Assembly: GCA_037137675.1 (NCBI GenBank)
Contig: JBAXJV010000001.1
Coordinates: 1 to 30,475 of the forward strand
Direction of reading: 5' to 3'
Length of the DNA: 30,475 nt
DNA from: a bacterium
GTDB taxonomy: Bacteria > Verrucomicrobiota > Kiritimatiellia > CAIKKV01 > CAIYGI01
Shown here: in pieces, positions 28,599 through 30,475 of the stretch
Layout of the letters: every line of letters begins with the position of its first letter
How positions within the stretch are numbered: the first letter of the stretch is position 1
The notes under the pieces: model-generated
The model's database searches: none
Seen by the model: the letters and a program-made list of their open reading frames with translations, nothing else
What the model was told of the DNA's origin: nothing
Made by a program: the position numbers and the translations under genes

Positions 28599-30475
28599 TC
28601 AGTGTCCGGTATTCAGCAGGCCGCCGGCCAGGACAATGTTTTGCTGGCGCCCGGTGAGCGATATGTCGAGCGGAATTTCGATCTTGCGGGTGGCGTTGAG
28701 CAGCGTCAGGCGGCGCTTGCCGGTTTTAATCTCCGCGCGCACATCGGCGAGCAGCAGCTCGTCACCGGCGGCAATGCGGTCGTAATCGGCCGGGTTTGCA
28801 AAGGTCAGCGGCAGGATGCCGACGTTGATCAGATTGTCCGTATGGATGCGTTCCATGCTCTTGGCGATCACGGCGCGTACACCCAGAAACATCGGGCAGA
28901 GCGCGGCATGTTCGCGGCTGGATCCCTGGCCGTATGACTCGCCGGCAATGATGAAGTTGTGGCGGCCCGCATCGCGCGCGCCGGCCGCGCGCTGCGCAAA
29001 GCCCGGATCCACGCCTTCAAAGACAAACTGGGCGTAGGCCGGTATGTTCGAGCGGTATTTCAGCCGCGCGCCGGCTGGCATGATGTGATCGGTAGTAATG
29101 CGGTCGCCAAGCTTGATCGTGGCGGGGCCGGTAAGCGCATCGGGAAGCGGGGTGTTGCGCGGAGGATCGCCGATGTTCGGGCCGCGCACAACGACCACCG
29201 AGCTCCCGTCGGGGAGTGGGCGGATCAGCAGCGCGTCGTCGCACTCAAAGCGTTTAGGCATCGCCACGCGCGGATATTTAATATCCGTTATCAGCAGCGG
29301 ATCCACTATCCGTCCGTGAATGGCGGCCAGGGCGGCAACCGGCGGGCTGACCAGATAAACGCGGGCGGACTTGGTGCCCGAGCGGCCCTCGAAGTTGCGA
29401 TTGTTCGTGCGCAGGGAGACCGCGTCGGTTGCTGGCGAGAGGGAGTTGCCGATGCAGAAGCCGCAGGCGTTTTCCAGCAGCCGCGCGCCGGCGGCAAGCA
29501 GGTCGGTCACGCTGCCGTCGTCGGCAAGCATCCTGAGCACCTGACGCGAACCGGGGGCAATGCCCAGGCTCACATCGGGGTGCACCACTTGACCCTTGAG
29601 AAGTTTTGCAACCGTCTTGAGGTCCGTGAAGGACGAGTTCGTGCAGGAGCCGATCAGCACCTGATCCACCCGTTTGCCGGCGAGCGAGGCGACAGTGACG
29701 ATGTTGTCCGGTGCGTGCGGCGCAGCGGCCAGCGGCTCCAGCGTGTCCAGATCGAGTGTCACAGTGCGGGAGTATCCGGCGTCGGGATCGGCCAGTAATT
29801 CGCGCCAGACTTCACCGCGGCCCTGGGCCTCGAGAAAAACACGGGTGGCTTCGTCGCTCGGAAAGACCGAGCTGGTGACGCCGCACTCGGCGCCCATGTT
29901 TGCAATTGTGGCGCGTTCGGGGATGGTCAGGGTTTTTAAGGCTGGCCCGGCATATTCGAACACGCTGCCGACATTGCCCCTGGTTGAGAAAATTTTAAGC
30001 AGCTTGAGAATCACATCCTTGGCTGTGACCCATGGGCGCAATTTCCCGGTCAGCTCAATTCGCACCACCTTCGGGGCGGTCAGGTGAAACGGGCCGCCGC
30101 CCATGGCTACGGCGACGTCCAGCCCGCCTGCGCCGATGGCAAGCATTCCCAGCCCGCCGCCAGTGGGTGTGTGCGAATCGGAACCCAGCAGCGTCTTGCC
30201 TGGCACGCCAAAGCGTTCCAGATGCAGCTGGTGGCAGATGCCATTGCCGGCTTTGGAGAAGACTATGCCATAGCGGGCGGCGACGGACTGAAGGTAGGCG
30301 TGGTCGTCGGCGTTCTCAAAACCGACCTGAACCGTATTGTGATCCACGTAACTGACCGCCAGTTCGTTCTGGATGCGCGGCACGCCCAGCGACTCGAACT
30401 GCAGGTAAGCCATGGTGCCGGTGGCGTCCTGCGTCAGAGTTTGATCAATTTTGATCGCAATCTCGGATCCCGGCG
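28599..30475 (-). CDS. Aconitate hydratase family protein (short 'Aquifex-type' putative aconitase), 5' end outside the window
   Basis: The frame is open to the window edge (PGSEIAIKIDQTLTQDATGTMAYLQFE). Motifs: GICHQ, GSDSHT, 4Fe-4S ligands IGSCTNSS and ACGFCIG, RTNNRNFEGR, TTDHIMP, and YGQGSSREHAA. Confidence 0.9.
   Translation of the reverse strand, partial: PGSEIAIKIDQTLTQDATGTMAYLQFESLGVPRIQNELAVSYVDHNTVQVGFENADDHAYLQSVAARYGIVFSKAGNGICHQLHLERFGVPGKTLLGSDSHTPTGGGLGMLAIGAGGLDVAVAMGGGPFHLTAPKVVRIELTGKLRPWVTAKDVILKLLKIFSTRGNVGSVFEYAGPALKTLTIPERATIANMGAECGVTSSVFPSDEATRVFLEAQGRGEVWRELLADPDAGYSRTVTLDLDTLEPLAAAPHAPDNIVTVASLAGKRVDQVLIGSCTNSSFTDLKTVAKLLKGQVVHPDVSLGIAPGSRQVLRMLADDGSVTDLLAAGARLLENACGFCIGNSLSPATDAVSLRTNNRNFEGRSGTKSARVYLVSPPVAALAAIHGRIVDPLLITDIKYPRVAMPKRFECDDALLIRPLPDGSSVVVVRGPNIGDPPRNTPLPDALTGPATIKLGDRITTDHIMPAGARLKYRSNIPAYAQFVFEGVDPGFAQRAAGARDAGRHNFIIAGESYGQGSSREHAALCPMFLGVRAVIAKSMERIHTDNLINVGILPLTFANPADYDRIAAGDELLLADVRAEIKTGKRRLTLLNATRKIEIPLDISLTGRQQNIVLAGGLLNTGH

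Overview
A GC-rich bacterial chromosomal window with no mobile element, CRISPR array, rRNA or tRNA that I can support. The gene repertoire suggests a PVC-superphylum organism such as Kiritimatiellia/Lentisphaeria, which is inference only. Left to right: a 5'-truncated gene remnant running off the left edge; gltBD (glutamate synthase); an AraC regulator divergent from five uncharacterised enzyme genes (ceramidase-like amidohydrolase, DegT-family PLP aminotransferase, Gfo/Idh/MocA dehydrogenase, xylose-isomerase-like TIM barrel, second Gfo/Idh/MocA); an AI-2E transporter-folC-NUDIX run; serC-purB; a SAM methyltransferase; rpsA with a terminator; and a minus-strand run of aconitase (partial), GT2-like glycosyltransferase, two tandem CNNM/CorB-like CBS proteins and a large secreted GH42-like protein. 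The best candidate for an undescribed system is the AraC-linked cluster (6558-13444), which has the parts of a deacylase / transaminase / 3-keto-redox / isomerase route for an amino sugar or aminocyclitol, plus readable operator-like motifs. Several genes also have sigma70-like promoters placed so that the mRNA would be leaderless. All family assignments come from motif recognition by eye, not from database searches.
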